A stretch of 63,804 bases of DNA, filler included, from Octopus bimaculoides (lineage: Eukaryota): NCBI RefSeq assembly GCF_001194135.2. It is 6 parts of 6 records of this genome, joined end to end, with 100 filler letters (N's around TTAATTAATTAA, not from the genome) between each part and the next. Parts side by side here need not be neighbours in the genome. Positions count along the whole stretch, not along the records: positions 51,921 to 61,513 come from NC_068981.1; positions 61,614 to 63,804 come from NC_068991.1; 4 more parts are not named here. One strand, 5' to 3'. Positions 51,921 to 63,744 of this stretch are shown here, in pieces (position 1 is the first letter of the stretch; each line of letters opens with the position of its first letter). Position numbers and translations under genes: made by a program. A model generated the notes under the pieces. That model was given only the letters and a program-made list of their open reading frames with translations. It was not told the DNA's origin and searched no databases.

Positions 51921-52103
51921 GGGTGACACGTAAAAGCACCCACTACACTCTCTGAGTGGTTGGCGTTAGGAAGGGCATCCAGCTGTAGAAACTCTGCCAA
52001 ATCAGACTGGAGCCTGGTGTTGCCATCCGGTTTCACCAGTCCTCAGTCAAATCGTCCAACCCATGCTAGCATGGAAAGCGGACGTTAAACGATGATGATG
52101 ATA
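51921..52103 (+). mobile_element. RTE-type LINE 3' end with (GAT)n tail
   Basis: GGTTGGCGTTAGGAAGGGCATCCAGCTGTAGAAAC..CCAACCCATGCTAGCATGGAAAGCGGACGTTAAACGATGATGATGAT. RTE link is from recall. Confidence 0.7.
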
Positions 52104-52320
52104 TTCCCTTGCAGACACAAGTAAGTTCAAGAAGTTTGTTTCTCAACTATTGGGTTTTGAGTTTGGTAAGCGAATTGTACTGTAGCTCCTAGGCTAACAA
52201 ATGCCTTTTGATGGAACTTGTCATTATATACATATATGTACATATACACGAATATACATACACATATATTTATATGTGTGTGTGTGTGTCTCTCTCTCTC
52301 ATTTGTTAGTTTGCCATTAT

Positions 52321-53885
52321 AACATGTGTAATATCTTACACTCTGTCGTTTGTGCAAACTGACATTACACATCCAGCAGGTCATACTAGCTTCATTTCTT
52401 TCAAGCCTACGCATGTCCTCAACAGTCACGGCTCACCCATTTTTCACCACTGTGTAGCATAGCAGTTGGCACACATTTATCATACAATCTACCTTTCACT
52501 CTGAGTTAGATGCCCTTTGTCACCAGTAGAGGTAGGAACTTTCTGAACTTTGTCTAGGCTATTCTTATTCTAGTGGCAATGCTCTCTGAGCATCCACCCC
52601 CACTACAGACTTGGTCACCTAAGTAGCAGAAGCTATCAACTACTTTTAGTTTCTCCCCCTGGCATGTGATGGAATCTGTTTTCTGAGCATCTGTAGTGTT
52701 TACTGCCTCTATGCATCTGCCACACACAAAAGCTATCATCCTGGTTAAGCTTCCTTTGATGTTGCTGCACCTCTTATGCGTCCATAGCTTACACCAGGTA
52801 CATCTTATGGAGTGTCTACCTACACCTTTTCTACAGATCAAGCAGGGCCATCTACCTGAAGGGGTTTGTGATGTGTTTGCCTTCCTACTTAGGCCCTTTG
52901 ATTCTAAACCTTGCTTCCACACCTGAAATTTCTTCTCTAGTTCTGGTAGTGATTCTGCTCAGAGCAAGGTTATCAGCATAGACGAGCTCCCAAGAGCAAT
53001 CTGTCTTAAATTCCTCTGTTATTGCCTGGAGGACAATGATGAATAAGAGGGGGCTGAGGGCTGATCCTAGGTGAACCCCTACTTCTACCCAGAATTCTTC
53101 ACTATACTCATTGCTGACCCTTACTTTACTAACAGCATCCCTGTACAGCTTTTATTAACCACTTGTCGATCCCCAGTTTCCGCATCGCCCACTAGATAAG
53201 GGATCGAGGGACCCTGTCAAAGGCTTTCTCCAAATCAACAAAAGCCAAGTATAGGGGTTTATCTTTTACTAAGTATTTCTCTTGCAACTGCTTTACCAGG
53301 AATACAGAATCAGTGGTGCTTCTACCTGGCACAAAATTGAACTGCATCTCATCTAAGCAAACTCTCTCCCTAATTAGTAGGGCTATGACCCTCTCCGTGA
53401 CCTTCATCACCTGATCCAGCAGTTTGATACCCCTGTAGTTGTTTCTATCTAAATCATCACCTTTACCTTTGTAGCAGTTGAATATGGGGCTACTATGCCA
53501 GTCATTGGGTATGACTCCTTTGTGAACTACCTGGTTTACAATACGGATGACTAGACCATAATCCACACCACCAGATATTTTAAGCATCTCAGCAGTGATT
53601 CCTGATGGGCTAGGGGCTTTTCCAGACTTCATATCTTTAATTGCTTTATCTACCAGGGTGCTATCTATTTGAGTAGCTGGTCCCTCAATTTGGCAGGCTC
53701 TCCTCCTCCCATTCATTCTCCACATTCAGCAGCCTTTCATAATAGCTTCTCCAAGCCTCTTTCTTTGCAGAATCATTAAAAGCAAGTGCACCATCATCCA
53801 TGCGGACACATTTCCGTCATGTAACATCACAATTTTCTCTCACACACCATCTTGCAATCCGAAATACTTCAGTTCTTTGGTCCTC
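52321..53885 (-). mobile_element. RTE-clade LINE ORF2 fragment (RT domain), frameshifted
   Basis: KSGKAPSPSGITAEMLK, NNYRGIKLL, PGRSTTDSVFLVKQLQEK, AFVDLEKAFDRVPR, VVDSFCYLG. Confidence 0.92.
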
Positions 53886-54210
53886 ATGTCGCTGAACATA
53901 GGTAAACTTCTGCTACAGAACAACAGCAAATGCAAAATTGAGCACCTGAAGAATCTTTCTGCATGTAATCAAGTTATATGCATTGCACTTACAGAAACAC
54001 ATCTACCTGCAGACATAAATGATGCGGAGATACACATACCAATGTATGCTATCTTCTGTACACACAGAAGAAAAAGAAGTCACAGTGGAGTTGCAATGTA
54101 CATCCGCGAAGATGTCACACAATTAACCCTGTTATCGAACTCTAACTAGGTGTGTGACACACTAACAGTACATCTAAAGCAACTTGATATAGTGACATGT
54201 AATGCCGACA
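53886..54210 (+). pseudogene. APE endonuclease fragment of a CR1/L2-like LINE
   Basis: SLNI..IALTETHL..EIHIPMYAIF...R..RSHSGVAMYIRED, matching the LNI/ETWL/GGGV.IY apurinic-endonuclease motifs. Confidence 0.8.
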
Positions 54211-54519
54211 CAGTCTAAGAGAATGTTCTGGGCTTGCATTAGGCAAGATGTTGAAAATTTTTTTGGCACATGACACTCCATGGATCCTAAGTAGTGTATG
54301 TGTAAAATTTGAATCAGTTGGGTAGTTCTCAAGTTTTAGTGATGCACACATACATACATACACACATTCTCAGCTTTATGTGTGTGCGTGTGTGTGTGTG
54401 TCTGTGTATTTCCAATAGCTGCTGGCTTTGTGCCTAAATTTGAAACTGTTATGTACATACACACACACAATTATGTACAGTAGAAATGTAGAAATGTAGG
54501 GAATTTATGTCAAAAGACA

Positions 54520-55000
54520 GGTAGAAGCAGTGGTGGGCTTGTAGTTGTTTTCTTTCTATTGTGAATATAACTTCTATTTGTGGTAACATTGCATCATTTG
54601 GCTGTGTCAATAAAATTTCTATTTCTGTATTGTTCAGCATGCTCTCGTGTCTATTATTAACCTATTAATAAAGTATTGATATACATTTCTTATCTCTATA
54701 ACTCTGCTCGTGCCCTTCCATCATTTCAGCTAAACTGTGAGCTGTTTCACCAATAAAGGTTTGGTAGAGTTTCTGCATTTGTCCTCCATGCAGTTTATCT
54801 GATATACTACAGGATGTCCACAAAGTCTGGGTACATGGGGATTAACACATACTTTAAGAAATTATTATTTCTTATATTTAATTGTTTATGTTATGACTTT
54901 ATTTATTCCATGTAGCCAGACTTTGTGGACACCCTGTACATTCCTAGCTTTGCATTTTATCTTAGGGTTCATATTACTATACAATTCCTATTGGTACAAG
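54520..55000 (-). pseudogene. Penelope-like GIY-YIG relic interrupted by a MITE
   Basis: After removing 54810-54936 and one TA: KIKCKARNVVYQINCMEDKC, then a frameshift to FIGETAHSLAEMMEGH. Confidence 0.65.
54810..54936. mobile_element. Tc1/mariner-type MITE, 127 bp
   Basis: TIRs CAGGATGTCCACAAAGTCTGGGTACATGG / CCATGTAGCCAGACTTTGTGGACACCCTG; TA duplication at 54808-54809 and 54937-54938. Confidence 0.9.
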
Positions 55001-55589
55001 TGGTGCTGTTCATGCACACACACATAAATTGAATCTATCTGACCTATGCCTCTTTCGGATTCTTAGAATCTCTCCTCTGCAGCCCATGTAATGAGTAACA
55101 GTACTGAACCTTTGTATTCTTACCCCACCTATCACTTTACCTCTTTGTCCCATTAAGATGCCTATGTACACAAGAGAGTATCAGATCTACTCATATAAGA
55201 TACACATCACCATCACTTCTTCAGTGTTGGCAGCCATTCATTTGTTGATATCCATTACACATGTTCATTTCTATTAACATCAATCATTTGAACTTTGTCA
55301 CAGTAGCAATAATATAGCTGCCATTGTTTCTCTTTCAATACTTCTATCATTCCCTTCTCAACTTCCCTTTCAGTCAGCTCATTACCTTTTTACCATCCTC
55401 TCCCTCTATCCACTACCTTTCTCCTATTATATAATTTTGCCTCCTTCACACAATCACCCTGGATCTTCTATCATTGTTCTCTCTTCTCTTCATGTGATCT
55501 TGGTTATAATGCTTTGAACAGAGATAGTGGTAGAGTAATGAGAATTCTTTACTCATGCAGGACACAAGGCAAATTCACTAGTCTTGGTG

Positions 55590-55785
55590 TCACACAATCT
55601 CCCTAGTACACTCTGTGGAATGGTTGGGAAATGAGTGGAGACAATGTACAGTTGAAAGGGTTCTTTTGTTTGGTTAATAACAAGACAACCATTCAGTGTT
55701 AGTGCCACAATAAAACTCACTCCTACCCAGTATGCACTGTAAATTGGTGTGCTAGAAAGGGCATCCAGTTACAGAAACCATGGTA
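55590..55785 (+). mobile_element. Decayed RTE-type 3'-end fragments
   Basis: TACACTCTGTGGAATGGTTGG and TAGAAAGGGCATCCAGTTACAGAAAC resemble 51940-51995. Confidence 0.5.
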
Positions 55786-57551
55786 AAAATGGTATGTATG
55801 AACAAGATAGGCACAACTGGTCTATGAGTGTAGTAACTTTGAATAAGAAAGAATTTAGATGTGACATCCCTTCCAATACATGCATCTATGGGAAGTAAAA
55901 GTACCACCTGACTTAAAGGGAAACCATCATTAGCTGTGTTTTTGAACAAGACATTCACACAACCACAACATACACACACACATGTAATATATATATATAT
56001 ATATATATATACATGCAGATACATATAAATTTGACATGGGCGATTCTTTCTTGTCTCGTGATTCACGGTCAAATGGCTGGGTGGAATTGCGTGAAAAATT
56101 ACACAGATGAGTAGAATGATCCAGTGGTGATGCTGGGCTTTGTATTTTTTCATAGCTCTCATGGTTACCGAGATAATCTACTATAATTATACTCTTGTGT
56201 TTTTCTCCGTCAAAACATATGAATGAAAAAGGAAGGGGCGATAGATGAATAAGGAAGTGTTTTAGGGTTTTAGGGTTAGGGTCTTTTAAAAGGAAGTAAA
56301 AAATCTGAAAATCGGCTATAATAATGTAGTCTTTCAGTCTCATTGCTATGAAGGTATGATGTTGTGGAGAAAAAAATTGGAGGGAAAAGTTACAGAGGTT
56401 TGAAAATCGGAAAAACTCTGTATTTTTAGCCAATAGCGAGGCAGAAATTTTCTGCATTTAGCGGAGTGGTGTCAACTTTAAGGTTGTACCCTGTGAAATG
56501 TATAGTTAAGCGTCTATGAGATGACCTGTTCACTGTAGGTTTCTAAATAAACAGAAATACCTAATAAAATCAACCTGTATCATCTTACTATTTCTTTTGT
56601 CTCTTCATTGATTGTATGTCTATTATTTTTTAAAATTTGCTATATTGATATATTGTCTGTATGTGTTTACTTTATGCGTACTTCAGTATTATGTATACCT
56701 GTCATGTATTTGTGTATATCTTTAATATAAGTGCATGTGGATGTATGTATTCGTGTATAAGTTTATATGTACATTTATGCACTCATGTGTGTGTGTGTCC
56801 AAAACTCCAAAGTTGAGTAACGTTTTCATGCTTGGATTTGTAAACGTTTCATGCTTGGATTTGTAAGAACAACAATGGTCAACAAAGAATTTGTCCCAAA
56901 GAAAAGAATACCTGTACCCTATATGTTTTTGCATGCAGAATTCAGAAATAATGTCAAATTATCTGTATCACCCGTAGTTTCTCTGTTCCACGATAAATCT
57001 CTCTCAGTCCCTGTTACGTGGGCTAAATTTCAGTTAAACTGTTGAAATGTGAAGCTAACGGTTTAAGAAATACTCTTAATTTAAATATTTATGAATAAAT
57101 ACTAAGTGAAATCATAAATCCAACTATCTGAGTCAATGAGTCCCAAAAATATATGAAATGAAAAATATGTAAAAGTATTAACACAGAAAAATACTAACAC
57201 AGAGAAGCATAGCAAAATATGTAATATACTAACACAGAAAAATTAAAACAAAATACGCAGGTGAAAAGAATCTCGTGGTGTGAAGAATCAACACAGAACA
57301 ACGTAAGGCACAGACACGGGTGAAGTGAAACACAACACAACGTGCAGTTGTCATGGTAACAAGCTGCTAATGTCACGCTGTCTGTTTATTGGCTAAAATT
57401 ATCCAAATTTCCCAACTTTAATTCCAAATAGCAATCAGATTCTTTAATTTANNNNNNNNNNNNNNNNNNNNNNNNNNNNNNNNNNNNNNNNNNNNNNNNN
57501 NNNNNNNNNNNNNNNNNNNNNNNNNNNNNNNNNNNNNNNNNNNNNNNNNNN

Positions 57552-57775
57552 GCCTTTTACTCTGAGTGAGAGTCCCTTTGTTGCCAGCAGAGGTAAGAGC
57601 TTTCTAAACTTTGCCCAGGCTATTCCTATTCTAGCAGCCACACTTTCAGCGCACCCACCCCCACCACTAACTTGGTCGCCCAGATAGCGGAAGCTATCGA
57701 CTACCTCTAGATTTTCACCCTGGAATGAGATAGAAGTTGTTTCCTGTTTGTTTACAGTCTTTATTGCACCTGAAA
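57552..57775 (-). pseudogene. RTE LINE fragment, same family as 52321-53885
   Basis: FQGENLEVVDSFRYLGDQVSGGGGCAESVAARIGIAWAKFRKLLPLL. Confidence 0.85.
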
Positions 57776-57778
57776 TAT

Positions 57779-57813
<35 letters not shown>

Positions 57814-57858
57814 CATATACATATATTCATATATATATATATATATATATGTATATTT

Positions 57859-57891
<33 letters not shown>

Positions 57892-58067
57892 CAACTGGAT
57901 GTTCTTATGAGACAACTTAATGAAGGCCACCAGCCAAATTTGTGGCTAGTGCAAAATCCCTTCAAGTTCTAAAGTGATATGGTGATGGAAGAGTGCAGTA
58001 GACAGGGCCGTTAGAGTGTGCAGTAGACAGGGCCATTAGAGTAAAGAAATGGACCTGTAAAAACCAG

Positions 58068-58240
58068 CTAATATAATAAATGCAAAAACTAATTTCTGTG
58101 TGTCAGTGTGTCACACTCCTCCCCCCCCCCCCCCNNNNNNNNNNNNNNNNNNNNNCCGCCTCAGCCATCACTATTCAATGACACTTTCTTATGCTGAGGT
58201 GTGAGTAATAGTAGGCATAGAGATGGTGAGGGCAGTAGCA
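58068..58240 (+). repeat. Direct repeat, copy 1 (Helitron-like 5' segment)
   Basis: ATAAATGC..TTTCTGTGTGTCAGTGTGTCACAC..CACTATTCAATGACAC..GAGTAATAGTAGGCATAGAGA repeated at 58710-58850. Confidence 0.6.
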
Positions 58241-58504
58241 AAGACAGAGAGAGAAAGAAAGAGAGGGAGAAAAAGAGAGACAAAGAAATTTAGGGAGAGT
58301 TGATGATGGTTTATTAAAAGTAGTAGTGTTGATGGTGGAAATGGGAGTAATAATAAGAGAGAGAGAAAGAGTGGCTATGTGAGAGATAGAGGGAGATGAT
58401 GTACAACTTTCTTGGGCAGAAATTCCTGTGGTCAGCATACTGAAACAACTACTGGACACTATCATTTTTGTTTTGTTTTGCTTTTTTTAATACATACATA
58501 CATG

Positions 58505-58569
<65 letters not shown>

Positions 58570-58709
58570 NNNNNNNNNNNNNNNNNNNNNNNNNNNNNNN
58601 NNNNNNNNNNNNNNNNNNNNNNNNNNNNNNNNNNNNNNNNNNNNNNNNNNNNNNNNNNNNNNNNNNNNNNNNNNNNNNNTATATATATGTATACACAAAC
58701 ACACATATA

Positions 58710-58850
58710 TCTATAATGATAAATGCCAAAACAAATTTCTGTGTGTCAGTGTGTCACACTTTGACCCGGTCTCTCACTATTCAATGACACTTCTACTCAG
58801 CTTGCTGGGGTGAGAGTAATAGTAGGCATAGAGACAGTGAGGGTGGTAGT
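58710..58850 (+). repeat. Direct repeat, copy 2 (Helitron-like 5' segment)
   Basis: Starts A|TCTATAATGATAAATG and is colinear with 58068-58240; followed by a GGT/GAT-rich tract. Confidence 0.6.
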
Positions 58851-59382
58851 AGATTGACAGCTGAAATGGTAATGGGGTGATAGTAATAGTATGAACTGTA
58901 GTTGTGATAGAGGCAGTGGTGACAGTGATGATGGTGGTGGTGGTGGTAGCTGAGGCGGTCAAGCATGATGGTGATAGTAAGTGATGTGAAAGACAGTGGT
59001 GATGGTGGTGGGGGGAAGGCGGCAAAGTCAAAGGTGTTGATGTTAGTGGCGTCAGAAGTCTGAATGGTGTGTGTATGACAGTTGTGGTGGCGATGGTGGT
59101 ACTGGTGATGGTGATGGTTGAAAACAATCAACAGAAAGAGAGGAAGAGAAATAAAGAGGTTAGATGGGAAAAAAAATTGTACTGAGCCCCAAATAGGAAG
59201 ACAAAAAAATGTTTATCATGAAGCTTTACAATAAGTTCCAAGTCGACATATACCACTGCTTGAAAAATATTGGTCAAGTTTAATAAAATTTAATATGTAC
59301 TCAATGCATGAATAAAATTTAATATGTACTCAGTCCAATGTAGAGCCCTCCAAAGGAATAGCTTAAAAGCCATATTTATATA

Positions 59383-60231
59383 TCGTGACATATAATTGCC
59401 AACCAAGTGTGGCGTCCAGGAAGACATCTCTTCCAGCTGGCTAACGACACTCATTGTGTCCGATTGGTATTTGCGAGGGGAGGTCATCGCTACCAGCTCT
59501 AGCCTTATGTGGTACATAGGGACACTAATTTCTGGGTGGTTACCAGTTCTCAGCGTGTGTAAATCACCAGCTAGTAATGAAAACTCATTCCACTTGCAAA
59601 ATACTATATGCTTTTTCCAGCGACATACTGTTGCTGATCTTGAAAAAGGAGAAATAAGCTATATTAAATCTCTGAGCGAGATATAAACAGTAGCAATACG
59701 GAATCATAGCATATAAATGTCAACCAAGCGTGGCGTCCTATAAAGGACAGTGCTACTGACGTTTATAGACCCAGGAAGGCATCTCTTCCAGCTGCCTAAC
59801 GACACACATTTTGTGTCCGATTAGTATTTGTGAAGGGAGGTCATCATTACCAGCTCTAGTCTTACTCGCAAAATACTATATGCGAGATCAGCAACAGTTT
59901 GTTGCTGGAAAAGCATATAGTATTTTGTGAGTGGAATGAATTTTCATCACTAGCTGGTGATGAACACATGCTGAGGATGGGTAACCACCCAGAAACTCGA
60001 GTCCATGTGTATCATGTAAGGCTAAAGCTGATAGTGACGACTTCCCCTCGCAAATACTAATCGAACACAGAATGTGTGTCGTTAGCCAGTTGGAAGAAAT
60101 GCCTTCCTGGATCTATGAACGTCAGTAGCATTGTCCTTTATAGGACGCCACACTTGGTTGGCAATTATATGTTACGATTCTGTGTTGCTACTGTTTATAT
60201 CTTGCTCAGAGATTTAATATAGCTTATTTCT

Positions 60232-60234
<3 letters not shown>
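59383..60234. repeat. Triplicated ~350-bp unit: two direct partial copies and one inverted full copy
   Basis: A 59383-59640 (+), B 59647-59883 (+), C 59885-60234 (-); shared CAACCAAG.GTGGCGTCC, CTAACGACAC, CAAAATACTATATGC. Confidence 0.85.
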
Positions 60235-60263
<29 letters not shown>

Positions 60264-60391
60264 NNNNNNNNNNNNNNNNNNNNNNNNNNNNNNNNNNNNN
60301 NNNNNNNNNNNNNNNNNNNNNNNNNNNNNNNNNNNNNNNNNNNNNNNNNNNNNNNNNNNNNNNNNNNNNNNNNNNNNNNNNNNNNNNNNTG

Positions 60392-60425
<34 letters not shown>

Positions 60426-61306
60426 TACATGCATACATCCGTACATACATACACACATAGTGTACCTACATACATATACACACGCACACATGCGCGCGTT
60501 TGTGTGGATGCTTAGAAAGTATCAGTTTGGACATTTTTTCTAAGTAAAACAGAAATAAATAAGTTTATTAAAATAAGACCATCATATAATAATGATGACT
60601 GACAATAAATTAAAGTTAATTTTTACAACAGACTGTCAAACCACATAAACATGGACACGTATGTACAGATACACACGTGTGTTTGTTGATGGGTGGGTGT
60701 GATTAATTATTCATATTGACTCACAATATGAAAGCATGACAGACAGAAAGGGGGTGGGGGAGAGAATTCAATCTTGTCCGATCAGAGAAAGAACTGTCAC
60801 TCAAAGCATAAAAATAATCATTAGAAGCAGGACAAGACTAGGAAAAAGATCAATGTACACACACAATCTGTTCTCTACACTTAATTAGTCCTGAACTACG
60901 TGTCTTAATAATCAACAGGCAGAAGAAAATCTTGACTGAATTAAGAACAAACATAAACGGTGGAAAAAGTGGGCCGAGTCATACGAAAGATGCAAGGCAA
61001 ATCTAAGTAAGATAACATTATTTAATATTTCATGTTATTAAATGAAAGCAATGACTAGATTTAAGAGAAGGGTTTTGATTGTAGTATATTGTACTTCTTA
61101 GTGTTTATCATGATAGAATACAATAATTGTAGCTCAACTTCTGTCAAGTTTTTTTTTTCTCTCGTTTTCTTTTACATGAATATTTCGTAAATTCTAATTT
61201 TTCTCTCTTAGAATCCAACGGGTGTGAAGAGAATGATTCAATTGTAAATTAGAACTTGAAAATAAACTATATGAAGCTGGTGTGTTAGCGCATATGTGTG
61301 ATATAA

Positions 61307-61350
<44 letters not shown>

Positions 61351-61367
61351 GTGTGTATATATATATA

Positions 61368-61418
<51 letters not shown>

Positions 61419-61628
61419 GTATATATATATTTAGAAGTTATAGTTTCATTTCAACATAACATTAGAACTTCGATTTGAATAGTGTTGATATATTTTCGAT
61501 TATTTTTGATTAANNNNNNNNNNNNNNNNNNNNNNNNNNNNNNNNNNNNNNNNNNNNTTAATTAATTAANNNNNNNNNNNNNNNNNNNNNNNNNNNNNNN
61601 NNNNNNNNNNNNNGATGATTCCCATGCT

Positions 61629-61712
61629 TTCCCTGATGAGAAGGTTACAATTTTAATATCAAAGATCCCTATGGATCACACAGGTTGTAATCCTTTGAAA
61701 CATATGTAGGAA
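61629..61712 (+). ncRNA. Type I hammerhead ribozyme with an extended stem II
   Basis: TTCC-CTGATGA-GAAGGTTACAA..(GATCC ctat GGATC)..TTGTAATCCTTT-GAAAC-ATAT-GTA-GGAA. Stem I TTCC/GGAA, ~11-bp stem II with one bulge, palindromic ACATATGT, GUA triplet. Confidence 0.8.
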
Positions 61713-61784
61713 TAAAGTATGCAATTATAACATGCGTTTTCTCCAATCCTTAAATTCTTACATATATATATATATATGTATGTA

Positions 61785-61971
61785 TATATAGCAATAAGAA
61801 AATGGAGGGGATTAATAGGTGGTATTCATCAACTTATAGACATTATATTATGTCAATTTACTTGTTTATAATTGTCCTTTAGTAAATAAACAAGTACTTT
61901 TGACATAATATAATGTCTATAAGTTGATGAATACCACCTATTAATCCCGTCCATTTTCTTATTGCTATATA
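61785..61971. repeat. Near-perfect palindrome/foldback element with ~85-bp arms
   Basis: TATATAGCAATAAGAAAATGGA..GGTGGTATTCATCAACTTATAGACATTATATTATGTCAA..TACTTGTTTAT is inverted at 61885-61971 with few mismatches. Confidence 0.9.
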
Positions 61972-63059
61972 AATTAATGGTAAAATATCTTTTTACCCGC
62001 ACTCATTTATTGCACTTGGTAATGCAATGAAAAAACACTAGTGTAATAATAATTGGGTATACTTCCAGCAGTATATTGGATAGATCTTATCCCTTAGTGG
62101 GTTGGATTCACAACCCCAAACTTTCTTGGATATATATAGAGTGGTGAATAAATCGATATATCGAGTTTGAAGTCTCTGTCTCTTTTGAATATGAAAATTT
62201 AAAAGTTAAAAACCTTATAATATATNNNNNNNNNNNNNNNNNNNNNNNNNNNNNNNNNNNNNNNNNNNNNNNNNNNNNNNNNNNNNNNNNNNNNNNNNNN
62301 NNNNNNNNNNNNNNNNNNNNNNNNNNNNNNNNNNNNNNNNNNNNNNNNNNNNNNNNNNNNNNNNNNNNNNNNNNNNNNNNNNNNNNNNNNNNNNNNNNNN
62401 NNNNNNNNNNNNNNNNNNNNNNNNNNNNNNNNNNNNNNNNNNNNNNNNNNNNNNNNNNNNNNNNNNNNNNNNNNNNNNNNNNNNNNNNNNNNNNNNNNNN
62501 NNNNNNNNNNNNNNNNNNNNNNNNNNNNNNNNNNNNNNNNNNNNNNNNNNNNNNNNNNNNNNNNNNNNNNNNNNNNNNNNNNNNNNNNNNNNNNNNNNNN
62601 NNNNNNNNNNNNNNNNNNNNNNNNNNNNNNNNNNNNNNNNNNNNNNNNNNNNNNNNNNNNNNNNNNNNNNNNNNNNNNNNNNNNNNNNNNNNNNNNNNNN
62701 NNNNNNNNNNNNNNNNNNNNNNNNNNNNNNNNNNNNNNNNNNNNNNNNNNNNNNNNNNNNNNNNNNNNNNNNNNNNNNNNNNNNNNNNNNNNNNNNNNNN
62801 NNNNNNNNNNNNNNNNNNNNNNNNNNNNNNNNNNNNNNNNNNNNNNNNNNNNNNNNNNNNNNNNNNNNNNNNNNNNNNNNNNGTGTGTGTGTAAGTTCAA
62901 AAAAAGGAAAAAGACAAAAAACAACAACAAGAAACAACAACGTGAGGACGTGATACAGATTGTATATATATATATATATGTGTATGTGTGTATGTATGTG
63001 TGTATGTATGTATGTATGTATGTATGTATGCATGTATGTATATGTGGGCATGTATGTGT

Positions 63060-63280
63060 GTATGTGTTTGTGTGTTTGTGTTTGTCCCCCACTATCGCTT
63101 GACAACCGATGCTTGTGTGTTAACGTCCCCATAAACTAGCGGTTCGGTAAGAGAACTCGATAGAATAAGTATTAAGCTTACAAAGAATAAGTCCTGGGGG
63201 TCAATTTGTTCGACTAAAAGGCGGTGCTCCAGCATGGCCGAAGTCAAAATGACTGAAACAAGTAAAAGAATAAAAGAATA
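63060..63280 (+). mobile_element. SINE family B, 3' half
   Basis: ATCGCTTGACAACCGATGC..GGCGGTGCTCCAGCATGGCC..GACTGAAACAAGTAAAAGAATAAAAG. Confidence 0.85.
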
Positions 63281-63454
63281 TATACAACTGCAGCGTGGAA
63301 GGTGTTTATAAGCCATTTATAACACACACAAACCGTTAGATTCACTTCAGCATTTAAATTTTAACTTGCCAAAATATTTTCGTCGCTTTAAGACCGCGAC
63401 CTGTTCACTGACAAAATTCCGTGCTGCATCTGAGAAAGTAACAGTTAGTTCATG

Positions 63455-63744
63455 ATGTGTATGTATGTATGTATGTATGTATGTATGTATGTATGTATGT
63501 ATGTATGCATGTATGTATGTATTTATGCATGTATGCGCTATGTATGTATTTATGTGTACATGTAAGTATGTGCATATGCATGCATGCGTGCATGTCTATA
63601 CGCATGTATGCATATATGTACATATGTACCTATGTATGTATGTGAGCATTTAGGTACGTAAGTGTATAGACGTGTCTGTGCATGTACATGTGAACGTATG
63701 TTTATGTACTGATGTGTGTGTCTGTTCAAGTTGTATACACATAC

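Noticed and set aside
52030-52052. CTGAGGA-CTGGT-GAAAC antisense to the RTE 3' end
   Set aside because: Only 5 nt available for stem II and no NUH with stem I downstream.
56262-56281. Three TTAGGG-like units
   Set aside because: Too short and imperfect to call interstitial telomeric sequence.
55752-56457. 136-aa and 175-aa minus-strand ORFs
   Set aside because: F/L/I-rich composition, running through (TA)n; no recognisable motif.
56820-56868. Short tandem duplications (~23 bp here; also 59282-59331 and 57995-58042)
   Set aside because: Two-copy slippage or repair duplications with no spacers; not CRISPR-like.
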